The notes beneath the pieces were generated by a model. It was not told the origin of the DNA and did no database searches. It worked only from the letters and a program-made list of their open reading frames with translations. A stretch of DNA of 51,122 bases. Source: Myxococcota bacterium (GTDB lineage: Bacteria > Myxococcota > JACRCW01). Location: positions 1-51,122 of the forward strand of contig JBFMGU010000046.1 of NCBI GenBank assembly GCA_040752415.1, written 5' to 3'. The stretch's first letter is position 1; the number at the start of each line of letters is the position of its first letter. A program made the translations under genes and the position numbers. Of the stretch, positions 31,854 through 40,165 are shown piece by piece.

Positions 31854-33706
31854 AGCGCACGCGTCTGCTCCTCGTCGTCAGCCTGCTGCCCACGCTCGGC
31901 TGCCCCGCCCTCACGGTGGCCGACTGCACCACCCACGCCGACTGTGAGAGTGGCTACTGCAACCCGGAAGGCATCTGCGCCGAGCGCCCCGACGGGTTCG
32001 AGCCCGCCGCGTCCTCCTCGGCGACGTCGTCCTCCAGCAGCAGCTCCTCCGCGTCGAGCGCCTCCAGCTCCAGCGCTTCCTCTTCTTCCTCGTCGTCATC
32101 CAGCTCCGCGTCGTCCACCAGCAGTTCCTCGTCGTCATCCACCAGCACGAGCAGCTCCGGCTCCTCCTCCAGCACCGCGTCGACGACGAGCGCCAGCTCC
32201 TCCTCCAGCAGCTCCTCCGCGGCCAGCACCTCTTCGTCCTCCAGCTCCAGCGGCACGGTGACCAGCTCGTCCAGCTCGTCGTCATCCAGCTCCGTGAGCT
32301 CCTCGGCGTCGTCTTCGTCGTCCTCGTCCGCGTCGTCGACGTCATCCGCGTCGTCCTCGGCGAGCTCCAGCACGTCGTCCTCATCCTCCAGCAGCAGCTC
32401 GTCGGGCGGGGAGCTGTGCGACAACGTCGACAACGACACCGACGGCAACACCGACTGGCCCGACTGCGGCGTGATCACCCGCGCCACCGCCTCGCCGCCG
32501 CTCACCAACGACGACTACATGTTCTCCCCCAAGACCACCGACGTCCTCGGCGTCCCCGCGTTGTTCCTGGGAGAACCGAGCCACAAGGTGACCTTCGTGC
32601 TGCCCGACGTCATTCGGGCCAAGCAGGATCCCGCGGCCAAGAACATGGCGGGCCCGGCCCCCACGCTGCCGGCGTTCAACGCGCGTGCGTCGCGCCTGGT
32701 GACGGCGTACTCCGACCTGGCCAACGCGCTCTTCCTGGAGCCCGACGCCACAGACATCCTCCAGGCGGCGCGGACCGTGGCGGTCACGTCCACCACGGGG
32801 GTTCCGGTGGTGCTCACCTCCGACGCAACCGGCCTGGTGGTCCTCCCCGACACCGCGCAGTTCCGCGTGCTCTCCGGCGACGACAACGGTCCGGCCCTGG
32901 TGCAGCAGGACCTCCCCAGCGTGGGCACCGGCGCGGTGGCCCGGCTGTGCAGCGGTGACGACGGACGCTTCGTCCACGACGGAGAAGGGCACCTCAGCTT
33001 CTGGCGCGCCGACGGGGCGGGGGCCACGGTGGGCCTCACGCAACTGGGCTATGCGCTGGCGCTGACGGGCGAGGTGGCCGCGCCGCCGGTGGTGGTGAAG
33101 ACCAGCGTTCCCGACGAGCACGTGGTCTTCCTCTTCCACAACGAGAGCAACGGGCGCGTGACCCGCGTGGTGCTGCAGCTCGCTTCGTCGGGCGGCTTCG
33201 CCATCACCGGCTACACCGAGTTCCCCATGGAAAACAGCATCAGCGGCAGCGCCGCGGTGGGGCTGGTGCAGGGAGAGATCGTCGTGGCGGTGCCGCAGTA
33301 CGGCGGGGATCTCGCCATCATCCCGCTGCAGGGCGACACCCTCACCGAGTGGTCCCTCTCCGGCGACGACCTCAGCGGCGTGATCGCGGTGCGCCCCAAC
33401 AGCACGGACACCTCGGACACGTTCATCCTCGGCGACAGCGGTGCGCGGCTCCACGCCTGGCGCAACGGTCAATCGCTTCCGGGCTTCCCCATCACGTTTG
33501 CGGCCGCGGAGCGCGTGCGCGAGACCCCGGCGGCGGTGGACTGGCTGGGCAACGGACGACTCGAGATCGTGGTGCCGCAGCGCGACCTCGTGGTCAGCGT
33601 GCAGCTCGGCACCGGCAGCGCCCATCCCCGCGCGCGCACCTGGCCGGAATACCAGCGCGACAGCCTCAACAGCGGCTGCATCCACGCGCAGGACGTGCTG
33701 CCGTGA
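31850..33706 (+). CDS. Lipoprotein with Cys-rich N-terminus, poly-Ser linker and beta-propeller/FG-GAP-like C-terminus
   Basis: ATGA overlap, lipobox TLGC, a long Ser/Thr tract, ELCDNVDND.DG..D..DC, LPGFP, TPAAVDWLGNGRLEIV and WPEYQRD..NSG. Confidence 0.82.
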   Translation: MKRTRLLLVVSLLPTLGCPALTVADCTTHADCESGYCNPEGICAERPDGFEPAASSSATSSSSSSSSASSASSSSASSSSSSSSSSASSTSSSSSSSTSTSSSGSSSSTASTTSASSSSSSSSAASTSSSSSSSGTVTSSSSSSSSSSVSSSASSSSSSSASSTSSASSSASSSTSSSSSSSSSSGGELCDNVDNDTDGNTDWPDCGVITRATASPPLTNDDYMFSPKTTDVLGVPALFLGEPSHKVTFVLPDVIRAKQDPAAKNMAGPAPTLPAFNARASRLVTAYSDLANALFLEPDATDILQAARTVAVTSTTGVPVVLTSDATGLVVLPDTAQFRVLSGDDNGPALVQQDLPSVGTGAVARLCSGDDGRFVHDGEGHLSFWRADGAGATVGLTQLGYALALTGEVAAPPVVVKTSVPDEHVVFLFHNESNGRVTRVVLQLASSGGFAITGYTEFPMENSISGSAAVGLVQGEIVVAVPQYGGDLAIIPLQGDTLTEWSLSGDDLSGVIAVRPNSTDTSDTFILGDSGARLHAWRNGQSLPGFPITFAAAERVRETPAAVDWLGNGRLEIVVPQRDLVVSVQLGTGSAHPRARTWPEYQRDSLNSGCIHAQDVLP

Positions 33707-33715
33707 CGTCGTGGG

Positions 33716-34474
33716 TCAGATGAGCTGCCAGCCCAGCCGCGCCACCAGCGCCAGGCACACCACGATCACCGCGGTGCGCACCAGGGGTTGCCCCTTCTTG
33801 AGCGTGAGCAAAGCGCCGAAGTGACCGCCCAGCGCCTGCCCCGCCGCCATGGGCAGCGCGATCTTCCACAGCACCGCGCCCTGCAGCGCAAACGCGAGCA
33901 CACTGGCCAGGTTGCTCATGAAGTTCACCACCTTCGCGTTGGCGCTGGCGGCGTCCATGCGGTCCCGCCACAGTCCCACGTAGGCCATGATGAGGAACGT
34001 GCCGGTGCCGGGGCCAAAGAACCCGTCGTAGGCGCCAATTCCCGCCGCCACCGCCACCGCCAACGCCGCGGGCCGGGTCACGCGCTCCATCACCGTCGTG
34101 GTGGGCACGGGCGGGCGCAACAGCAGGAACACCGCCACCGCGGCCAGCAGCACCATGACCAGCGGGCGGAGCACGTCGGGGGAGAGCCGGGTCACCAGCA
34201 GCACGCCCGCCGCCGCGCCCAGGAACGCGGGCAACGCGCTGACGCGCGCGCGCGGAATGTCCAGCAGCGTCGAGCGCGAGAAGCGGTACAGCGCCATCCC
34301 GGAGCCGAACACGCTCTGGCCCTTGTTGGTCCCGAGCGCGAGCTGGGGCGGCAAGCCGGAGAGCAGCAGCGCGGGCAGGGTGAGCAGGCCGCCGCCGCCG
34401 GCAATGGCGTCGACGAAGCCAGCCAGCGTGGCCACCAGCACCAGCGGCAGGACCAGCAGCAAGGAGATCTCCAC
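33716..34474 (-). CDS. TSUP (TauE/SafE, YfcA-like) transporter
   Basis: Motifs AGFVDAIAGGGGLL, ALGTNK, GAYDGFFGPGTGTFL and ANAKVVN. Confidence 0.93.
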   Translation of the reverse strand: MEISLLLVLPLVLVATLAGFVDAIAGGGGLLTLPALLLSGLPPQLALGTNKGQSVFGSGMALYRFSRSTLLDIPRARVSALPAFLGAAAGVLLVTRLSPDVLRPLVMVLLAAVAVFLLLRPPVPTTTVMERVTRPAALAVAVAAGIGAYDGFFGPGTGTFLIMAYVGLWRDRMDAASANAKVVNFMSNLASVLAFALQGAVLWKIALPMAAGQALGGHFGALLTLKKGQPLVRTAVIVVCLALVARLGWQLI

Positions 34475-34530
34475 GACGCCTCCCTAGCGGCCCACACAAG
34501 CCGGTCGCAACGCCAGGGTGACAGCGCCAC

Positions 34531-34690
34531 CGGCCAGGTTTTCCCCCTCCCCCTCCCTCTCCCCCTCCCGGGAAGTCCGTGGGCCTGGGATGCGCCGTTC
34601 AACCCGCGGTCCCCGCCGACGGGGGAGCGGAACCAGGCCCAATGACTTCCCGGGAGGGGGAGGGGGAGAGGGAGGGGGAAAACCTGGCCG
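34531..34690. repeat. Intergenic hairpin element with polypyrimidine/polypurine arms, copy 2
   Basis: CGGCCAGGTTTTCCCCCTCC..CTCCCGGGAAGTC ... GACTTCCCGGGAGGGGGAG..GGAAAACCTGGCCG, with an inner stem TGGGCCTGG/CCAGGCCCA. Confidence 0.85.
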
Positions 34691-34726
34691 CGTGGTCCAC
34701 CCGGTCGTGTACGCTATCAGCCGCGC

Positions 34727-35539
34727 ATGGTCCTGTGCTCCGTCATCATCCCCTCCTTCAACCACGCCCGCTTCATCCGGCACACGGTGGAGAGCGTGCT
34801 CTCCCAGCAGCGTCCTGGCCTGGAGCTGGAGGTGCTGGTGATGGACGGCGGCAGCACCGACGACACCGCGACCATCCTCCGCCCCTACCTGGACCGCATC
34901 ACCTTCGTCAGCGAGAAGGACCGCGGCCAGTCCCACGCCATCAACAAGGGCTTCGCGCGCGCCCGCGGTGAGCTCGTCACCTGGCTCTGCTCCGACGACT
35001 GCTACGAGCCCGACGGCCTGGGCATGCTGTTGGATGCCATGCAGTCCGACCCGGACGCGGTGATGGTCTACGGCGCCGTGCTGCAGGTCGACGAGGACAA
35101 CCGCATCTTCGGCCTGCACCCCGCGCTGCGTCCTCCGTCGACGCACGAGCTGCTCAAGGACTACACCTACATCCAGCAGGCCGGCTCGCTGTTGCGCGGC
35201 GCGCGCCTGCGCGAGGTCGGCTTTCTCGACGAGAACCTGCACTACGCCATGGACCTGGATCTGTGGCTGCGCATGCTGAAGGACCATCACGGGCTGGCGC
35301 TCCCGGGTCGCGCGGTGGCGCGCGCGCGCTACCACGCGGAGGCCAAGACGCTGGCCGGCGCCGCCGCCATGGCCGACGAGAGCATGCGCGTGCGCTGGCG
35401 CCACGGCGCTCCGCTCGTCGGGGGAGCCACCTGGGAGTACGCGCGCTGGCGCTTTGTGAACCTGCCGCTGCAACCGGTCCGCCAGCGCGTGCGCCGCCTG
35501 TTGCGCCTCACCGGCTCCCCCTCCAACTTCCCACCGTGA
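34727..35539 (+). CDS. Glycosyltransferase family 2
   Basis: Motifs SVIIPSFN, DGGSTD, SEKDRGQSHAINKG, WLCSDD and MDLDLWLR. Confidence 0.93.
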   Translation: MVLCSVIIPSFNHARFIRHTVESVLSQQRPGLELEVLVMDGGSTDDTATILRPYLDRITFVSEKDRGQSHAINKGFARARGELVTWLCSDDCYEPDGLGMLLDAMQSDPDAVMVYGAVLQVDEDNRIFGLHPALRPPSTHELLKDYTYIQQAGSLLRGARLREVGFLDENLHYAMDLDLWLRMLKDHHGLALPGRAVARARYHAEAKTLAGAAAMADESMRVRWRHGAPLVGGATWEYARWRFVNLPLQPVRQRVRRLLRLTGSPSNFPP

Positions 35540-36495
35540 CGACGTCATCTCCCCGCATCGGCGTGGTCATCCCCGCGCACCAGGCCGCGGCCACGGTGGC
35601 GCGCGCGGTTCAGAGCGTGCGGGAGCAGACCCATGCGCCGGCGTGGGTTGTCGTCGTGGATGACGGCTCCACCGACGAGACGGCGCAACTCGCCCGGGCT
35701 GCCGGCGCCACGGTGATCCGCCAGCCCAACCAGGGCGCCGCTGCCGCGCGGCACCGCGGCACCACCGAGCACCACGCCGACGCCTTCGCCTTCCTGGACG
35801 CCGACGACACCTGGCTCCCCCACTTCCTGCACGACGCCACACAGCTCCTCACGCAGCGCCCGGAGGTGAGCCTGGTCATGGGGCGCGCCCTCGAAGCGCG
35901 CGCGGACGGCACCCAGCACCTGGCGCCGATGTTCTCCGACGCGGAGCTGGCCCACCCGCTGTGGGGCCTGGCCTGGCACAACCTGGTGCCCACCAGCGCC
36001 ACCGTGGTCCCGGCGTGGGCCTACCGACGGAGCGGCGGTTTTGACAGCGCGTTTCCCGGCGCCGCCACGGAGGATCTCGACCTGTGGCTGCGTCTCTCGT
36101 CGCTGGGCCCGTTCGCCTGCACCGCGCGACCCGGGGTGCTGCGTCACGTGCAACCGGGCTCCAACTCCCGTCGACCGGAGGCGCTGGCGCGCATGCTGGA
36201 CCTGACGTTGTGGACCATGGCGCGACACGCGGAGCGGGTGCGGGAGCGCGCCCCATGGTTCAAGCACGTCGCCATGGGTCACGCCTGGCGCGAGGGCGCC
36301 AAGCGCGCGCTGGCCAACGGTCTCGTCGGGGAAGCGCGCACGCAGGCGGCTCACGCGCTGCGCTGCAACCCCGCGGATCGCGAAGCGTGGCAGGTGCTGG
36401 CGCTCACCGGCGCTCCGGAGGGGACGCGCGCCTCCCTGCTAGCGTGGCGACGTCACCTCCAGGACCAACGCGCCCGCGCGGTCACATCCCGGTGA
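35536..36495 (+). CDS. Glycosyltransferase family 2
   Basis: GTGA overlap and motifs VVIPA, VVDDGSTD, NQG...AR, FLDADD and EDLDLWLR. Confidence 0.92.
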   Translation: MTTSSPRIGVVIPAHQAAATVARAVQSVREQTHAPAWVVVVDDGSTDETAQLARAAGATVIRQPNQGAAAARHRGTTEHHADAFAFLDADDTWLPHFLHDATQLLTQRPEVSLVMGRALEARADGTQHLAPMFSDAELAHPLWGLAWHNLVPTSATVVPAWAYRRSGGFDSAFPGAATEDLDLWLRLSSLGPFACTARPGVLRHVQPGSNSRRPEALARMLDLTLWTMARHAERVRERAPWFKHVAMGHAWREGAKRALANGLVGEARTQAAHALRCNPADREAWQVLALTGAPEGTRASLLAWRRHLQDQRARAVTSR

Positions 36496-37141
36496 GCACC
36501 ACGCGCACGCGCACCGGCGCGTCTCCCGTCGTGGGAACGCTGCCTTGCACTTCCACCGGCAGCTGCGCGCCCAGCGCGTTCACCGCGGCGTTCAGCTGCT
36601 CCGTCGTGCCGTTCAGCTCCGCGCTCCACACCGCGCCCTGTCGGGCGGGCAGCTCCGGCGCCACCAGTCCCGCACCGTTCAGCGCGGCGCGGATGGCGCC
36701 CCACTGCGCGTCGCTGGCGCGGAGGCGCAGGGTCACGGGGGTGGGCGCGCTGCGCTGCAGGAGCCCCGCGGCGGCAACGTCACGGGCCATGGTGGAGCTG
36801 GTGTTGGGCGCGCCCACGGTGAGCATCACGGCGGCGGCCGCGGCGGTGGCCAGCGTCACCGGCATCAGCATCCGACGCAGCGTCGCCAGCACCCGCTCCC
36901 CCAGGCCGGGCGGCTCGGCGGCAATCCGTTGCAGGAGGCGGTCCTCGAATCCCGCGGCCGGGTCGGCGCCGCGCAGCCCGGAAAGGGCCTGTTGCAGCGC
37001 CTGGTGCGCGTTCAGCTCCGCGGCCAGCTCCGGGTGGGCCTCCACCAGAACGCGCGCCTGGGCGGCTTCCACGCCCTGCAGCTCGCCATCCAGCAGCTGC
37101 TGCATCAGCCTTCGGGCTTCCTTCTCATTCACCGTTGCCAT
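36482..37141 (-). CDS. Putative anti-sigma factor
   Basis: Overlaps the ECF sigma stop. N-terminal ASD-like LLDGEL motif without Zn ligands, and a single TM helix. Confidence 0.75.
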   Translation of the reverse strand: MATVNEKEARRLMQQLLDGELQGVEAAQARVLVEAHPELAAELNAHQALQQALSGLRGADPAAGFEDRLLQRIAAEPPGLGERVLATLRRMLMPVTLATAAAAAVMLTVGAPNTSSTMARDVAAAGLLQRSAPTPVTLRLRASDAQWGAIRAALNGAGLVAPELPARQGAVWSAELNGTTEQLNAAVNALGAQLPVEVQGSVPTTGDAPVRVRVVLTGM

Positions 37142-37815
37142 CCATCCATCCCCTTGAATTCCGGAAGCTGCTCCACCAGCGCCGCGCGGGCGCGATGCAG
37201 GCGGCTCTTGATGGTCCCCACCGGCAGCCCGGTGGCCTCCACCATCTCCTCATAGGAGAGCTGCTCCACCTCCCGCAGCACCACCAGCAGGCGTTGTTCC
37301 GGCGGCAGCGTCTGCAGGGCCGCCTGGAGCCTCCGCGCGCCCTCCGCCGCCAGCACCACCCGTCCCGGGGATGGCTCCGGCGCCGCCAGCTCCCCCAACA
37401 CGTCCCGCCCCTCTTCCCCCACCGCCACCATGGCCTGCCGCCCGCGCCGGTTCAGGTACTTGATGCGGTTCAAGCAGTGGTTGCGGGTCACGCGGTAGAT
37501 CCAGGTGGACAAACGACTTTCCCCCCGGAACCCCGCCAGGCTCTTGAACAGCGTGACAAAGACGTCCTGGGAGAGGTCTTCGGCTTCCTGGGCGTCGCCC
37601 AGCATGCGCAGCGCCACGGAGTACACGCGACGTCGGTAGCGGGTCACCAGCTCCCGGAACGCGGCGGTGTCGCCGGTGGCGGCGCGGGAAGCCAGCTCGG
37701 CGTCCACGTCCACCGGGGGGGTGGCGCGGGAAACTGCGGGCAGGGTTGCAGCAGCGGTGGTCATCTCCCCACACGTCCCTTCCAACTGCCGGGCAGCAGC
37801 AGGCGGCTCGCTCAT
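37129..37815 (-). CDS. ECF RNA polymerase sigma factor
   Basis: Motifs GD.AAF.ELV.RY, AEDLSQDVF, FRGES.LSTWIYR, LSYEE and GTIKSRLHRAR. Alternative start at 37764. Confidence 0.95.
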   Translation of the reverse strand: MSEPPAAARQLEGTCGEMTTAAATLPAVSRATPPVDVDAELASRAATGDTAAFRELVTRYRRRVYSVALRMLGDAQEAEDLSQDVFVTLFKSLAGFRGESRLSTWIYRVTRNHCLNRIKYLNRRGRQAMVAVGEEGRDVLGELAAPEPSPGRVVLAAEGARRLQAALQTLPPEQRLLVVLREVEQLSYEEMVEATGLPVGTIKSRLHRARAALVEQLPEFKGMDGWQR

Positions 37816-37837
37816 GCGTGTCTGGCCTTCACTCCCC

Positions 37838-37865
37838 TTGGACACCGGGGGCGCTGCCGGGTTCC
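37838..37865 (-). promoter_or_regulatory. Putative ECF (sigmaE-type) autoregulatory promoter
   Basis: Minus-strand GGAAC-N17-GTCCAA, 22 bp upstream of the ATG at 37815. Confidence 0.65.
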
Positions 37866-37904
37866 CACTGCTCAACGTCCCATCTCCCCGGCCGGTCTGC
37901 CGCG

Positions 37905-39218
37905 TCAGGTGCGATCCCACGCCAGGGCCCCGTCCCAAGTGGGCAGCTCCCGGGGCCACTCGCGCGCCAGCCTGCCCAGGCTCACCTCCGGCGCGTAGTA
38001 GAGGGACGTCTTGAACAGCCCCGCGGCGCCCACATCCAGGCTCACCATGTCCATGAAGTTGCCCACGCCCTCCAGGCTCTGCTGCGGCGCCAGGCGGGTG
38101 CGGAGGGATTCCCAGAAGTCGCGCGGTTGTGCGTAGCCCAGCGCGGTGAGCCAGCGGGAGAGGCGCTGCACGGCTTCCCAGTCGTCGTACATCATGGAGG
38201 TGTCCAGGTAGATCTTCGCCACCGGCGGCCGCCCACCCCGGTCCATCACAAACCCGATCCCCCCGATCAGGTTGCGCACGTAGGAGGGCACGAACGTCCG
38301 ACGGAACTCCCTGAAGCGCTCCTCGCCCTCCGGCCCGGCGTGCACCACGTCCAAAAGCCGCTGCAGCTGCGCGCGACCGATCTTCTCACTGCGCTTGTAC
38401 AGCTTCACCTCGTAGGACCCGTCGGCGGGGAGGTCCACGGCCAGGATGAACAGCCCCAGCTCCCGGAACGTGGCGCGACAGAAAGCATCCACCTGTTCCC
38501 ACAGCTCCGCCTCGCCCATGGCCAGCAGCGCGCGACGGGTGGCGTCGTGACTCCACCGCGGGTCGTCGTGCTCGAGGACGAAGTAGGCGCAGATGTCGGG
38601 CGGGCGGTCGGGGTAGTGGCGCACGCCGAAGCTGGGACGGATGTTGTCCAGCGTCATGGCGTTGTAGGGCACGGCGGCCACCCACGCGGCAATCACCTTC
38701 TCGACGGCATAGCTGCCCCACCCCAATCCCGTGGCCTGGCGCAGCCGCTCCTTGAACGCGCGGGAGCGACCGCCCAGCGCACGTCGTGGCACCACCGGCT
38801 CGCACTGGTAGCGCAGCGCGCTGTCCTGCCTGGCCCCCAGCGACATGTTCATCAGGAACGGACTGAGCGCCCCCGAAGCGCCCGACGGCAACGGCGTCCC
38901 CTCGCGCAGGTCGTAGCGCAGGTCGTCCTGCATGATGGCGTCGTAGACGGCGTGGATCTCGTCCAGCTTGTGCGCCAGCCCCGCGCCCCGCGCGATGAAC
39001 GGGAGCAGCCCGTTGCGCATCTGGTGGTGCATCACCAGCGGCTCGGCCACGCCCTGCACGGGAGTTGGCGCGCGCTCGCGGATGCGCAGCGTGGGGATGG
39101 CGTGCACGCGCTGGGCTTCACGGAAGCGGGCCTGCTTCTCGTCGGAGTCCAGCGGGTTCTCCGGGACCTTGAGCCGCTCTGGGGTGCGCCGCGTGCGGGT
39201 GGCCATGGAGGACATCAT
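37905..39218 (-). CDS. DMATS-superfamily (ABBA) aromatic prenyltransferase-like protein
   Basis: Ordered motifs SPF.....LRY..EP, RPPD..AYF, RRALL.MG...LW, ILAVDL......VKLY, DD.EA..R...L..LG, L.GVG....VSL and LYYAPE. These resemble bacterial tryptophan dimethylallyltransferases. Confidence 0.6.
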   Translation of the reverse strand: MMSSMATRTRRTPERLKVPENPLDSDEKQARFREAQRVHAIPTLRIRERAPTPVQGVAEPLVMHHQMRNGLLPFIARGAGLAHKLDEIHAVYDAIMQDDLRYDLREGTPLPSGASGALSPFLMNMSLGARQDSALRYQCEPVVPRRALGGRSRAFKERLRQATGLGWGSYAVEKVIAAWVAAVPYNAMTLDNIRPSFGVRHYPDRPPDICAYFVLEHDDPRWSHDATRRALLAMGEAELWEQVDAFCRATFRELGLFILAVDLPADGSYEVKLYKRSEKIGRAQLQRLLDVVHAGPEGEERFREFRRTFVPSYVRNLIGGIGFVMDRGGRPPVAKIYLDTSMMYDDWEAVQRLSRWLTALGYAQPRDFWESLRTRLAPQQSLEGVGNFMDMVSLDVGAAGLFKTSLYYAPEVSLGRLAREWPRELPTWDGALAWDRT

Positions 39219-39307
39219 GGCCCGGGCGCGCGCCGAGCACCAAAAGCAACGCCCCCGTCAGGCCACTGGGGCCGCGGGGGCGTCACGGTGCCGCTGGCGC
39301 TGCAGGA

Positions 39308-40060
39308 TTACTTGCGAGCGGGCGCGGGCTTGGCCGGAGCGGGCTTGGCGCCGGCGGCGGGTTTGGCGGCGGGGGCACCACCGGCCTTGCCCTTCTTCTC
39401 CAGCACTTCCTTGATGATGGCGGCGGTGGCGGCGGCCAGCGCGCGGGCGCGGATGCCGCTGGGGTTCTCCGCCTTGGGGTCGAGGTCGATGGCCGCCTTG
39501 AGGTCATCCATGGCGTACTCGAACTCACCGTGCTGCAGCAGCAGCTCACCGCGGTTCACGTAGGCGCTGATGTTCTTGGGGTCCAGCTCGATGGCGATCG
39601 AGTACTCCTCGGCCGCCTCCTCGTGCATGTTCTTCTTGGCGTAGATGGCGCCCAGCATGGTGTGGAAGTAGGCGTCATACGGGTTGCCGATGACCAGACC
39701 CTCGTAGACGGTCTGCGCGTCGTCGTAGCGACCCTGCTCGAAGAGCGTGTAGCCCAGGTCGGCGATCGCGTAGGCCTCTTCCATGCTCATGCCTTCGAGC
39801 TCGGCCCAGGTGATCTCACCGACGATGAACTTCTCCAGGTTCTCCTGGGTGAAGGTGGTGGGGAACTGGTCGGTGTACTCGACCGGGATCTCCCCCTTCT
39901 TGGCCATCTCCAGGAGCTTCTCGGCGGGGATGAGGTCTTCCTCCTCCTGCTTCTTGGGAGCCCCGCTCTTGGCCGAAGCAGCGGCGGGCGCAGGCGCCTT
40001 CTTGGCGGCAGGTGCGGCTGCAGGCTTCTTCGCCTTCTCGTCGACTTTCTTCGTGGCCAT
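39308..40060 (-). CDS. SycD/LcrH-like TPR chaperone with Lys/Ala/Pro-rich termini
   Basis: GEITWAELEGMSMEEAYAIADLGYTLFEQGRYDDAQTVYEGL followed by TPR repeats. Confidence 0.75.
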   Translation of the reverse strand: MATKKVDEKAKKPAAAPAAKKAPAPAAASAKSGAPKKQEEEDLIPAEKLLEMAKKGEIPVEYTDQFPTTFTQENLEKFIVGEITWAELEGMSMEEAYAIADLGYTLFEQGRYDDAQTVYEGLVIGNPYDAYFHTMLGAIYAKKNMHEEAAEEYSIAIELDPKNISAYVNRGELLLQHGEFEYAMDDLKAAIDLDPKAENPSGIRARALAAATAAIIKEVLEKKGKAGGAPAAKPAAGAKPAPAKPAPARK

Positions 40061-40165
40061 CTCTCCCCGCTCCTTCGGACAGTAAAAAGCCCCATGGCTT
40101 GGGGCGGCGCTGGGGTTTTGAGCACAAACCGTCAGAGCGCGTCAAGGACTTGATCCCGCGCGCCG

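Noticed and set aside
27380..33705. Diverged direct repeats as a DGR template/variable repeat pair
   Set aside because: There is no reverse transcriptase in the window, and the mismatches are not restricted to adenines; many are synonymous.
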